In this document: in pieces, positions 1-11,517 of the stretch
Layout: every line of letters starts with the position of its first letter
Numbering within the stretch: the first letter of the stretch is position 1
Source: Chiloscyllium plagiosum
Lineage: Eukaryota
Length of the DNA stretch: 33,103 bases
Assembly: GCF_004010195.1 (NCBI RefSeq)
Contig: NC_057719.1
Span: 41,543,774 to 41,576,876 of the forward strand
Reading direction: 5' to 3'
The notes under the pieces: model-generated
Told to the model about the DNA's origin: nothing
The model's database searches: none
The model's input: only the letters and a program-made list of their open reading frames with translations
Position numbers and translations under genes: made by a program

Positions 1-301
1 TCATTCTCATGTTTCTCACATATGCATAAAATGCCTTTGGGTTATCCTTGATCCTATCCGCCAAAGATTTTTCATGCCCTCTCTTAGATCTCCTAATCCC
101 TTTCTTCAGGTCCCTTCTGGCTATCCTGTATCCCTCCACTGCTCTGTCTGAACCCTGTTTCCTCAACCTTACGTAAGCCTTCTTCTTCCTCTTTACAAGA
201 CATTCAACCTCCCTCGTCAACCAAGATTCCCTCACACAACCATTTCTTTCCTGCCTGACAGGTACATACATATCAAGGACACGTCGTATTTGTTCCTTGA
301 T
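1..301 (-). mobile_element. CR1 LINE ORF2 fragment (EN-RT linker), truncated by window edge
   Basis: Minus strand translates as KEQIRRVLDMYVPVRQ...WLTREVECLVKRKKKAY...IRRSKRGHEKSLADRIKDNPKAFYAYVRN, a typical CR1 linker. Confidence 0.9.
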
Positions 302-305
302 AGTG

Positions 306-472
306 AACCCATTGTTCACTAACGTCCTTTATAGAAGGGAAGGGAATCTTCCATCCTTATCTGGTCTGGCCTACATGTGACTCCAGACCAACAGCAATGT
401 GTGGTTGTCTCTCAAGTGCCTCTGAGCAATAACTGCTGCCTAGCCAGCAATGCTCTCATCCTGTTACAAAAT
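306..472 (+). mobile_element. SINE 3' fragment (elasmobranch family)
   Basis: gttcactaacgtcctt...ctggtctggcctacatgtgactccagacc...cctagccagc resembles a common shark SINE body and tail (from recall). The tRNA head is absent. Confidence 0.6.
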
Positions 473-550
473 AAAGATTAACCACGACAAACAAATTGGA
501 GAATTCTTGACATGGAACTCAGAACAAGTACTGACGTCTGCTCACCACTG

Positions 551-1934
551 CAGTATTCTGCACCCAGACTGAACTGGAGCAGTTCATCAACTTTGCTCAC
601 AACTTCCACCCTGCCCTCAAATTCACTCGGTCCATCATGGACATATCCCTCCACTTCCTTGACATTTCCAGACGGACATTGACTATAAACCTACAGACTC
701 TCACAACTACCTGGACTACATCTTCTCCTACCCAGTATCCTGCAAGTGCTCCGTCCTGTTCTCCTAATTCCTCTGCCCTCGCCACATCTGCTCGGACATG
801 GAGACATTCCATTCCGAAGTATCCCAGATGTCCATATATTTTGAACAATGTGATTTCGTCCCTCTGTCATCCAGACAGCACACCACCACACCACCTCCAT
901 TCCCATTCCATTGCTCTAAACCTCGCCCACCAACACAATAAAGACACAGTCCCCCTTGTCCTCACCTGCCACCCCACCAGTCTCCGCAAAAATGCATCAT
1001 CCTTATATACTCCCATCAACTCCAACCAGACCCCACCACCAAGAACATCTTCCCCTCCCCACCCCTCTCTGCCTTCCACATCGCCCCAAACACCTGCTAC
1101 CTTTCCCTGCAACTGTAAAAGATGCAAAACCTGCCGGCACACAACTCCCCCTCACCTCCGTCCAGATTCCCAAACAGTCCATCCAGGTGAGACAGAGGTT
1201 CACCTGCCTCTCTTCCAGTCTAGCTTACTGCATCAGGTGCTCCCGATCAGGGAGACCAAACGTAAAGCGAGGGAATGGATCATTGAGCATCTCAGCTAGG
1301 CCTGCAGGGGCCGTCCGGACCTCCCAGTCACTGGCCACTTTAGTTTCCCTTCCTGCTCCCTTTCCAACATGACTTTCCTTGGCCTCCGCCATTGCCACAA
1401 AAAACCACATTGCAAACTGGAGGAACAATACCTCACCTTCAAGGTAAAACCGAGGACTACAGATGCTGGAAACCCGAGTCTGGATGAGAGTAGTGCTGGG
1501 AAAGGGCTTTTGGCTGAAATGTCGATTTTCCTGCTCCTTGGATGCTGCCTAACCTGCTGTGCTTTTCTAGCACCATGCTAATCCAAACACCTCATCTTCA
1601 GCCTGGGCAGCCTACAGCCCAGAAGACTCAACATTGAGTTCTCCAATTTCAAATAACCTCCCTTCCCATCCCTGACTCCTTTCCCAACCCCTCCCCATCC
1701 CTTCCAAGCCTCCCTGCCACCAACCAGATTCATTCTTCCCATTGACCAACCAGGTCGTACCCTCTACCTGTCTCCACTTATCCCCACCTCACCAACCTGC
1801 TCTCCCCATGCAGTCTATCTGCTGCTCCCATTATAACAACCCCCAATCCTGAAGAAGAGTTACCTGAAACATTGGCTTCTCCATCTCCTGATGCTGCCTG
1901 ACTTGTGTTCTTCCAGCCTCCTGCTTATCTATTT
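551..1934 (+). mobile_element. Penelope-like element, 5'-truncated: RT C-terminus, GIY-YIG region and terminal repeat (degraded)
   Basis: Peptides across frames: ELEQFINFAHNFHPALKFT..LHFLDIS, YKPTDSHNYLDY, VPLVLT, FPCNCKRCKTC, RQRFTCLSSSLAYCIRCS, ETKRK..EHL, KLEEQ/HLIFSLGSLQP..LNIEFSNF*. Perfect 14-bp TSD TCTGCTCACCACTG at 537-550 and 1935-1948. Decayed hammerhead CTGAAGA..GAAAC at 1849-1870. Confidence 0.9.
1442..1585. mobile_element. PLE terminal-repeat mini insertion (two arms in opposite orientation) nested in the PLE
   Basis: Interrupts the KLEEQ|HLIF reading frame. 15-bp TSD AATACCTCACCTTCA (1427-1441) / AACACCTCATCTTCA (1586-1600). Similar in sequence to 9930-10063. Confidence 0.8.
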
Positions 1935-2060
1935 TCTGCTCACCACTGGCTGCATACAGCCTCTGTGTTCTACACTAAGAAATAGCAACTCAGGAAATGA
2001 TCCATAGGCACCAACCATGCATGCCCCTCACCAACAGACTTTGCCATCTGATAATAAGAC

Positions 2061-3560
2061 TCAAGATGACAGCAGAGAAGACTCCTGAGCTCAGGGCTCA
2101 TCTGCTCCATCTGCTTTTCTTTCCGTTTCTTTTCTATTTTTGTCTCTTCTTGTTTTTTAAACTTGTTTTCTCTTTTACTTACTTCTTACTTTACTCACTT
2201 AACAGTGAAGAGTTTGAACAATATTGGCAGTAGCGTGTTATCCTCGCGTTGATCCATGGTAGAGAAGAGTGGGTCCAGCGTGGAGGGGAGAGTGCAGGCC
2301 CACCACGGGGGAGGAGAGCACAGGCTCAGCACAGAGGAGAGAGCGCAGGCCCAGCATTGGGGCAGAGCGCAGGCCCAGCACAGGGGGGAGAGCGAGGGGC
2401 TAGCATGGAAGGGAGAGCACAGGCCCAGCATGGAGAAGAGATCAAGGGCCCAGCTTGGAGGAGAGAGAGTGACCCTTCCGCCCGGAAGGGAGACCGAGGG
2501 CCCAGCACGGAGAAGAGAGTGAGGGCCCACTGGAGGAGAGAGTGTGGCCTCTGCATGGAGGGGAGAGAGTGGCCCCAGCACAGAAGAGAGAGTGAGGGCC
2601 CAGATGGATGGGAGCGTGAGGCCCCAGCACAGAGGGGAGAGTGAAGGTCTCACACGGAGAGGAGAGAGCAGTCCCTGCACGGAGGGGAGAGAGTAGCGCC
2701 AGCATGGAGGGGAGAGCGCAGCCTCAGCATGGAGGGGAGAGTGCAGCCCCAGCATGGAGGGAAGAGTGAGAGCCCAGCTTGGAAGGGAGAAAGCAGCCTC
2801 AGCACGGATGGGAGAGAGCGGCCCCAGCACGGCAGGGAGAGCGAGGACCCAGCACGGAGAGGAGAGTAAGGGCCCAGCACAGAGAAGAGAATGAGAGTCC
2901 AGCATAGAGAGGAGAGCATGGGTCCAGCTCGGAGGGGAGAGAGCAGTCACAGCACAGAGGGGAGAGTGCAGCCCCAGCACGGAGGGGAGACAGTGGTCTC
3001 AGCACGGAGGGGAGACAGTGGTTTCAGGGTGGAGTGAAGAGTGAGGGCTCAGTGCAGAGGGGAGAGCAAGGGCCCAGTGTGGAGGGGAGAGAGCAGCCTC
3101 AGTGCGGAGGGGAGAGAGCAGCCTCAGTGTGGAGGGGAGAGCGCGGGCCCTGAGGACATGTCAGTGACATAGGTCCAGCAGCAAAAGATGGCGCATGAGG
3201 ATTGGCGACTTCATCATTGGCTGGGTCTGGTGTTGGCGGTGAAGTAGTGGCAGAAGGGCACCATGGCAACATTAAAAAAGTAGACTGCAGTGAGAGACGC
3301 CAACATTGGTGGGTGTGGCATAGGCAGTGACAGAGTTGAATCAGCCCAGAGATGAAAGATGGCACCTGTAATGTTAGTTGGGTCTGGCATAGACGGCAGT
3401 AAATGAACCTCTCTTGAAACTATATCTTATCATTCTTCTCTTATTCTTAAACTATCAAAATGACACCGTATTGGGATGACAAATGAAAGGTTTCCACTGT
3501 ATTTTATTGTATTTCTCACTGTAAAATACACGTGACAATAAAAATCAATCATTCATTCAA
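2061..3560 (+). mobile_element. Candidate composite non-autonomous retroelement (CAAGATG head, CT-rich tract, VNTR, LINE-like tail)
   Basis: Head is similar to 30523-30610. Tail tacacgtgacaataaaa..(attc)n resembles the Rex1 tail tacatgtgacaacaataaa at 7611-7629. No clear TSD. Confidence 0.5.
2268..3150 (+). repeat. Purine-rich minisatellite, ~22-25 bp unit (CCCAGCACGGAGGGGAGAGAGCAG-like)
   Basis: Directly visible tandem units over ~880 bp. It explains the stack of low-complexity ORFs here. Confidence 0.95.
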
Positions 3561-4419
3561 TTGCTAATCCCTCAGCATCCTAATAGTAGCTAACTGATTC
3601 TCTTGCATACAGCTTTGAAAATAGCTTAAATACTACAGACCAGCTTAGAATTTATTGACTTAGCACCTACTGCATGCTGACAGCATCCATGCCTTGTCCT
3701 GCCATGCCTTGCATGTAAACATGTTTATACAAAGTCTAAATATTATCAGTACTGCCATATTGACATGGTCTTTTGCACAGACACAGTGTCAGGCTGCTTG
3801 TCATGCCTGTTTATAAGGAGCTATCCACAGGGTGAGGGGTAAGGGTGTGTGTGGTGGGCATACTATGGGAGCATGTTGAGTGCCATGAGAGCAAGGGAAC
3901 AGCTTAGAAATCAGGTTGATCTAGTGCGTGAGCTAGATCTGGCTCCCTGAGAGTAAAGTGTCCTTGCTGCAGCATTATACTGATACTTGCCAGAGCTGGC
4001 TGAGCTGCAGCACTGAAGTGCAGAAGCATCCTATAAGAGGATTGGAGATGTACCATGACAGTTCATCTAGACTGGCATCTGGCAGATGCCAATGTCTGTT
4101 GCCACAGGGTATAAGTGGTAGGTGCATGCGGAACGTGTCAAAAACGTTGATCTCTGTTGTCCAACATGAAGATTGTTTGGAACAAGAAGGGTGCTGAACC
4201 TCCAAGAACCCACTTTGGCTTCTCAGATAACTTTTCCTGATGGCTAGTTTGTTTGGCGAGCTTGAAGAGATTGCAACCCATAGTTGTTAACAAGACATTT
4301 AACAAGCAATAGTGATCACCAGTTGGGAACCCGCTGTTACCTAGTGAGAATCTTGCTGTGTCACTTGGGAAAAGTGCCCAAGATACATCGAGGTGGGCAT
4401 TGCCAAACATCTCACCCTA

Positions 4420-4850
4420 TTCAACCACTCATCTCACTATACCCCACATTGGTCAGTTAAGATTCCATCCTTGACTTTACTTTTTTCCCTTTGTCCAATC
4501 TTTCCCACCGACAGTCGGGATTCTTCTGAGGCCCTACGGCATTTGATCAATTTCTAGTTTCTGAGCTGCAGCTGCCTCCTCTTTACCATGGATGTCCAAT
4601 CCCTCTACACCCCCATCCCTCATTAGTTTACTCAGTGGACTTGTTCTTCTTTCTTGAATGGAGAGACTGAACAGTTCCCACTCTCCACCACGCTCCTCCA
4701 CCTGGCTAAACTTGGTCTCACTTTGAACAATTTATCCTTTAATTTGGCTCACTTCCTCCAAATAGAAGGAATAGCCATGGTTACCCACATGAGCCCTAGT
4801 TATGCCTGTCTCTTTGTAGGATTTGGGGAACATTCCTGTTTCTGGGAGCA
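4420..4850 (+). mobile_element. Penelope-like element RT fragment
   Basis: LLFTMDVQSLYTPIPH (from ~4575) and LTLNNLSFN..FLQIEGIAMVTHMSPSYACLFVG match PLE RT motifs. Confidence 0.85.
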
Positions 4851-5971
4851 ACTTTTCTTTGTCCAGATAAAATTCACCAGGGGGAGATATAGCGACAGGA
4901 AATTGGCATCCTGGCTGGCAGCACTTTTATTTAGCACCTACTTGCCTCTGTTGCCAACCTGCCACAGCCTTTCTGTTCTTAAGTGTTAACTTATTATTCC
5001 CCAAGGGCATGAAGCTAAGGCCATTAAATTTATTGATTTTGCCCTGAACAGCAAGGCCTGATTCAGGTAAAGTGATGATCATATTCTCAAAAGAACACTG
5101 TATGTTTTCAATGGATATAATTAAATAAATGATTATTAAATCTGGCAGGTTTCTCTGCAATAAAAAAAATTGATATTACACAGCAATAAATCAGTTCATC
5201 TGAGAAAATGAAGCTATAACTAATATACAGTATAGTGTAAGATAAGTCTGGAAAACATCTGCCATTTGTGAAAATATAACTATATAATGATATAACTATA
5301 GTTATAGTCACTTTGCATGAATTGCTTCAAGGTATGGGTGTGCTAAAATCTCTGACAAAAGATTTATAAAATTACCTTAAAGGATTCTTTGTGTGTGATT
5401 CACCTATTTGGTTTTTGACCATATTGTCATTATATATTTGTTTTTTAAAAATGGACAGCAAAACAGAGTATTGTCTCAGATATTTTAATATCAAAACATA
5501 TACCTTAACTGTTGCCACTTAAGAGACTACTTTTGTCTTTGAAATTCAAGACTCACTGTAACTATTTGTTGATTTTTTTAAAGTTAATCTTCTTTTGCTC
5601 CACCAACTTTGCTGGAAGTGAAGGGGAAATCCTTTTATGGGCTTTATATAAATTAATGTCATTCTTCTGGCAATGCCATAGCAGCAACGTTCAGGGACAT
5701 TTCTGGATCTGCTGGTGAAATAAAGTAACAAATATGAACTTGATAACTGTTTTGGAAATGGCTCTTGCTTCTAAAATATTAACTATTGAAAATATGAATC
5801 ACTGTATTCAGATAAATGAGGAAAATTGAGGAATGTACACTCATGTAAATTCCAGCATTTCAAATATCAGGAAACAAAGGCTGAAAATTCAAGAGATTTG
5901 GTGTAAGAATCAAGAGTTGATACTCTTCCTCAAATATTAACCAATAGCAACAGACAATTTATTTATGAAAC

Positions 5972-6361
5972 TTGCTCTTGAGAAGGTGGTAGTGAGCTGC
6001 CATCTTGAACAGCTGCAGTCTGGATGGTGAGTGGTTTTGCGAGGATATGAAGATAATGGTATTCCATATATTTGTTGCCCTTGTCCTTCTAGATGAAAGT
6101 GGTTATGGATTTAGAAGGTGCTAACTAACAAGCTTTGATAAATGTTTACAAGGCATCTTGCAGATGGTACCACTGCTTCAATGATGGCAAACTCCTCAAC
6201 TATTGTTGGTGCTGCACTCATGCGGGTAAGTCATCAACTCCTAACTTGTGCCTTGTAGATGGTGAACAGGCTCTAGGGAGTCAGGACAGGAGTTACTTGC
6301 TGCACGATTCCTAGCCTTTGACCTTTTCTTTTAGCCACTGTACGTTTGTGGCTGGTCCACA
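5972..6361 (-). mobile_element. CR1/L2-group LINE 3' region; continues at ~7634-7670 beyond the Rex1 insertion
   Basis: Minus strand reads WTSH..TVA..GQRLGI.QQVT.VLTP*SLFTIYKAQVRS. The 3' end is aagatggcagctcactaccaccttctcaag. Confidence 0.7.
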
Positions 6362-7634
6362 ATTATGGAATGCTTTGAGAGGTTAGTCATGGCTCACATA
6401 TGGCAAGCTGACCATATTGCCATGATCCTTTGCAATTCTCCAGTCAGCACAACAGGTCCACAGCAGATGCCATCTCTCTGGCCCTACGCTCATCCCTGGA
6501 ACATTTGGATAACAAGGATATCTACGTCAGGCTCTTTTGTATTGACTCCACTTCCACCTTCATCACCATAATTCCAAACAAATTCATGTCTAAACTCTAA
6601 GTCCTAGGTCTTGACACCCTCCCCCTCTGTAACCAGATCCTCAACTTCCTGACCCATAGATCGCAATCAGTGATCAATAGGTGACAACACCTACTTCACC
6701 ATAATCCTCAACACCAGTGCCTCACAAGGCTGCCTACTCAGCCCCCTACTATATTCGTTGTACACCCTAGACTGTTTGGTCAAATTCTGCCCCAACTTCA
6801 TTTACAATTTTGTTGACAACACCACTGTTGTCAGTCAGATCTCAAACAACGATAAGACAGAATATAGGAAAGAGATTCAGTGCTTATTGGCATAATGTAA
6901 AGACAACAATCTCTCCATTAGCATCAGCAAAATGAAGGAACTAGTCATTGACTTCAGGAAGCGGAGTGAAGAGTATGCCCCTGTCCGTATCAATGGTGGA
7001 GATGGTCAAAAGTGTCAAGTTCCTGAGAGTGATAATCACTAACAATCTGTCTTGGTCCACCCACATTGACTCGATGGTCAAGAAAGCACAATAACATCTC
7101 TACTTCCTCAAAGGTTAAGGAAATTTGGCATGTCCACAAGTACTCTTATAAATTTTCATAGGTTCACCATAGAAAACATCCTACCTGGATACATTACAGT
7201 GTGGTATGGCAGCTGCTCTTCCAAAGACCGAAAGAAACTACAGAGAGTTGTGAATACAGCCCAGTCCATCATGCAAACCAGCCTTCTATCCATTGACTCC
7301 ATCTATATTTTCCACTGACTCAGGAAAGCAACCAACATAATCAAAGGCCCCTCCCATCTAAGTGATATTCTCTTCCACCCTCTTCCATTGCATAAAAGAC
7401 ATAAAAGTTTGAATACACATATGAATAGATTTAAAAGCTTCTTCCCCGCTGTTATCAGACTTTTAAACAGGCCTTTCTAATGTTAATTCTGATCTCTCTC
7501 TCTCGCTCGCTTGCTTGCTCGCTCTCTGCACCTTCTCTGCAGCTATAACACTGCGTTCTGCACACTGTTCTGCTACCTGATGCACTTTATATGGTACAAT
7601 CTGCCCATAGTACATGTGACAACAATAAATAAAT
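6362..7634 (+). mobile_element. Rex1/Babar-type LINE, 5'-truncated RT and 3'UTR (pseudogenised)
   Basis: [89 protein letters not shown]. Tail tacatgtgacaacaataaataaa. Confidence 0.85.
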
Positions 7635-7835
7635 TAGTTCAGTTAATGGTCAATGGTCACCCTAGGATACTGCCTTAATATAGAATTCGCCAGCTTCCAA
7701 ATCTACCCACCCCTGCCTCATCTCAGGTCTAGCCCTCCCTCTCTCCAACACCCCCTTGACCTGACCTCACCTGTCCATCTTCCTTCCCACATATCTGCTT
7801 CCTTCCCACTGACCAATAATAATCACATCCTACCT

Positions 7836-9367
7836 GAGGATTTCACTAAGGAGAGGAACATGATGAATCTTGAGATTAGAGATAGAAGTTTGATTAGTCT
7901 GGATCATGTTGACATAAGTATGGAAGATGCGTTGGGTATGTTAGAGGTTACTAAGGTGGACAAATCCCCAGGACTGGATAGGATCTATCCCAGATTGCTG
8001 AGGGAGGCGAGAGAGGAAATAGCTGCGGCCCTGACTGATATCTTTGTGGCATCTTTAAACACAGGTGAGGTGCCGGAGGACTGGAAGATTGCTCATGTTG
8101 TCCCCCTATACAAGAAGGGTAGCAGGGATATTCCAGGTAACTACAGACCAGTGAGACAGACGTTGGTGGTGGGAAAGTTGTTGGACAGGGTACTGAGGGA
8201 CAGGATCTATTTATATTGAGAAACGAATGGGCTTATCAGTGATAGGCAACATGGTTTTGTGCAGGGGACATCATGCCTTACCAACTTAATAGAGTTCTTT
8301 GAGGAAGTGACCATGTTAATAGATGAAGGAAGTGCTGCTGATGTCATATACTTGGACTTTAATAAGGCATTTGATAAGGTTCCCCATGGTAGACTAATGA
8401 AGAAAGTGAAGTCATATGGTGTGCAGGGTGTTCTAGCTAGGTGGATAAAGAACTGGTTGAGCAACAGGAGACAGAGAGTAGTAGTTGAAGGGTGTTTCTT
8501 GAAATGGAGAAAGGTGACCAGTGNNNNNNNNNNNNNNNNNNNNNNNNNNNNNNNNNNNNNNNNNNNNNNNNNNNNNNNNNNNNNNNNNNNNNNNNNNNNN
8601 NNNNNNNNNNNNNNNNNNNNNNNNNNNNNNNNNNNNNNNNNNNNNNNNNNNNNNNNNNNNNNNNNNNNNNNNNNNNNNNNNNNNNNNNNNNNNNNNNNNN
8701 NNNNNNNNNNNNNNNNNNNNNNNNNNNNNNNNNNNNNNNNNNNNNNNNNNNNNNNNNNNNNNNNNNNNNNNNNNNNNNNNNNNNNNNNNNNNNNNNNNNN
8801 NNNNNNNNNNNNNNNNNNNNNNNNNNNNNNNNNNNNNNNNNNNNNNNNNNNNNNNNNNNNNNNNNNNNNNNNNNNGTGCAGAGAAGGTTTACGAGGATGT
8901 TGCCTGGTATGGAAGGTGCTAGCTATGAAGAGAGGTTGAGTAGGTTAGGCTTATTTTCATTAGAAAAAAGGAGATTAAGGGGGGACCTGATTGAGGTTTA
9001 CAAATTCATGAAGGGTATAGACAGGGTGGATAGAGACAAGCTTTTTCCCAGAGTGAAGGATTCAATAATGAGAGGTCACACTTTCAAGGTGAGAGGTGGA
9101 AGGTTTAAGGGGGATACATGTGGCAAGTACTTCACACAGAGAGTGGTGGGCGTTTGGAATGCATTGCCAGCAGAAGTGATACAGGCAGACATGGTAGATT
9201 CATTTAAGATGCGTCTGGACAGATGCATGAGTAGGTGGGGAGCAGAGGGGATACAGATGCTTAGGAATTGGGTGACAGGTTTAGACAGTAGATTTGGATC
9301 GGCTCAGGCTTGGAGGATCGATGGGCCTGTTCCTGGGCTGTAAATTTTCTTTGTTCTTTGTTCTTTG
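7836..9367 (+). mobile_element. CR1 LINE, 5'-truncated RT region to 3' tail, spanning an assembly gap
   Basis: KSPGLDRIYPRLLRE, VPEDWKIAHVVPLYKKG..PGNYRPV, SCLTNLIEFFEEVT, YLDFNKAFDKVPH, VQRRFTRMLPG, RRLRGDLIEVYK. (TTCTTTG)n tail. Possible TSD TACCT at 7831-7835 and 9368-9372. Confidence 0.95.
8524..8875. other. Assembly gap (352 N)
   Basis: Run of N. Confidence 1.
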
Positions 9368-9929
9368 TACCTACATCTACCTATTGCCATCTCATCTACC
9401 TTTCTCCCAGCACCACGCTCCCCCCTCATTTATTTCTCAGCCCCATTCTGCCTGCCCAGTCCAGATGAAAGGTCCTGACCTGAAATGTTGACTGTCCTGC
9501 TCCTCGGATGTTGCTTGACCTGCTGTGCTCTCTCCAGCTCCACATTTTATCAACTCTGACTTTTCAGCATCTGCAGTCCTCACTATCCTCATGTTGCTGA
9601 CCCCAGGATACCTCCCTTATTCTGTCAGCCTCAGGATTTTGAGGAGCCATGATTCTATTGTCAGGGAATGCTAGAATCCCAAATCTCACCAGGATACAGA
9701 ATGTTTCTATTCTGGCGAACAAAAAGAGTCCAGAACTGGGATCAATATTAGTGTTTTACATTAAACGTGAATCTTGCATTATGTGACAATATTTATAAAG
9801 CTCAGGGTTACTACCTGCTTTATTAAGTGCTTTGCATACCTTTCCTTCCACCTTCAAACAATCTGTGCATAAACATCCCCAGAACACATTCTTTGTTACG
9901 TCCCCTTGATAAGTATATTCATTAGTATG

Positions 9930-10063
9930 GTAAAAACAATGACTGCAGATGCTGGAAACCAGATTCTGGATCAGTGGTGCTGGAAGAGCACAGCAATTCA
10001 GGCAGCATCCGAGGACAGGCAAAATCGACGTTTCGGGCAAAAGCCCTTCATCAGGAATAAAAC
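9930..10063 (-). mobile_element. Solo PLE terminal-repeat insertion
   Basis: 11-bp TSD TCATTAGTATG at 9919-9929 and 10064-10074. Same family as 1442-1585, 14562-14760 and 28779-28970. Confidence 0.85.
10023..10058 (-). ncRNA. Minimal type I hammerhead ribozyme motif (PLE-associated)
   Basis: Minus strand: attc-CTGATGA-A-GGGC tttt GCCC-GAAAC-GTC^gatt. Both core boxes are intact, stem II is 4 bp, and stem III is the palindrome ACGT. Predicted cleavage between 10027 and 10026. Confidence 0.75.
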
Positions 10064-10264
10064 TCATTAGTATGTATTGTTCCTCCTCAGTCTTCTTTCC
10101 AAATATGGTATTTAACATCCCTGTGGAAACCAATTCATTTTAAGACTTCCACAGTAACGATCTAGTGAAAGTTGAAATGGATTAATCATTACTTAGTGGG
10201 CAACTAATACTCTGAACTGGAAACAGGTTTTCCTCATTAGTTTCTTGTCCAGTAAGCCCAATAA

Positions 10265-10416
10265 TGAGCTGGTTAGCTCAGTTGGCTGGACAGTTACTCT
10301 ACAATACCAAGGAAAGCTGACAGTGTGGATTCAATTCCCACACTGGCTGAGATTACCATGAGGGATTGTCCAACTTGGTTCCTAGCCTGAGATGTTGTGA
10401 CCCCTCTATCATCAAT

Positions 10417-10447
<31 letters not shown>

Positions 10448-10490
10448 AATGACGGAACAACCCTATGGTCTGGTAAGATAATGGACTTTA
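10265..10490 (+). mobile_element. tRNA-derived SINE
   Basis: A-box TAGCTCAGTTGG and B-box-like GGATTCAATTCCC, internal (CT)n, tail ccctatggtctggtaaga..gactttac. A homologous copy lies at 18040-18256. Confidence 0.75.
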
Positions 10491-10730
10491 CAATTAAGTC
10501 TACATCGTTTTGATACTCTCCACAGGGCAGAATTTCGTTAAGGTTTAACCAATGTGGGCTGTGGCGAGATGGGTGGCAGGATCAGCTGACAAGTACGATG
10601 AGGCTCATTGAGACTATCTCACTCTATCGTTTATGCTTCTCACTTGGCACCAAGTGCCAAATGCTTGTTAAACACCTTTTACAGTCAAATTCACCTCATT
10701 AATGCTCACACTACAATCTTAATCTCACCA

Positions 10731-10948
10731 GGTTAAAAATTACACAACACCAGGGTATAATCCAACAGGTTTATTTGGGAGCACTAGCTTTCGGAGTGTC
10801 GCTCCTTCATCAAGTGGTTCACAACCAGCTAATGAAGGAGCAGTGCTCGGAAAGCTACTGCTTCCAAATAAACCTGTTGGACTATAACCTGGTGTTGTGT
10901 GATTTTTAACTTTGTACACCCCAGTCCAACACCAGCATCTATGAATCA
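10731..10948. mobile_element. PLE hairpin insertion of a second family (88-bp inverted arms)
   Basis: Arms 10732-10819 and 10823-10910 with a 3-nt spacer. Each arm has a mutated hammerhead (TTGATGA or CTAATGA..GAAAGCTA). TSD TTAATCTCACCA (10719-10730) / TTAATCTCACTA (10949-10960). Confidence 0.85.
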
Positions 10949-11517
10949 TTAATCTCACTAAATCAGCTCCACATTGGAAATCAGAGGATGGAATGACAGA
11001 TTCACCTCACCACTTGCTTTGAACCATCTCCATGTTTCCTGCAAACAAACTGCATCTCAGGGCAAGAGACACAGGAAACAGCTATACTCACTCCTCCTCT
11101 ACAGACATGAGCATCCAACACTGGTGAGCCCATTGCAACCACCTTGGACTTTATTATTCACTGGTAATTTGATCAGGAAGTATGGACTTGCTTTGCATCA
11201 TGCGCCAGCTGCTCCCATTGAAAGGCTGCAGTAGGACACTTTGCACACATGGACAGGTACCCAACCCAGACTGCATCTCAGGAATGCCCACTTGCTGTCT
11301 ACCACCAATCTCCTTGCTCACAGCTTCATGCATTCCCTTTACTTGGCTTCCTATGCATGCCATGCCAATTAACACATGTACACATTGCTCTCCCTGATTG
11401 TAACTGATGCTGTCAGCTCTGTCTCATTCCATGCAGCCTCTTGTGTGGCTATGTACTGCTGCTGAATAGTATTACAATGCATTAAGAGAGAATCCTAAAC
11501 AGTAGCATTTGTGTTTG

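Larger units (their letters stand above)
7671..9599 (+). mobile_element. PLE 3' end / terminal repeat split by a CR1 insertion (pieces 7671-7835 and 9368-9599)
   Basis: LNIEFASF matches the PLE C-terminus LNIEFSNF at ~1628-1651. Pyrimidine-rich repeat resembles 1660-1930. Decayed hammerhead at 9457-9494. 12-bp TSD ACCCTAGGATAC (7659-7670) / ACCCCAGGATAC (9600-9611). Confidence 0.75.

Noticed and set aside
2195..3005. 261-aa and overlapping ORFs as a repeat protein gene
   Set aside because: They arise from a stop-poor minisatellite whose unit length varies and is not a multiple of three.
2268..3150. CRISPR-like array
   Set aside because: Contiguous degenerate tandem units without unique spacers, no cas genes, and vertebrate context.
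8259..9343. Long ORFs of 226, 283 and 133 aa
   Set aside because: Artefacts of reading through the N gap. The gap also looks shorter than the CR1 sequence expected there.
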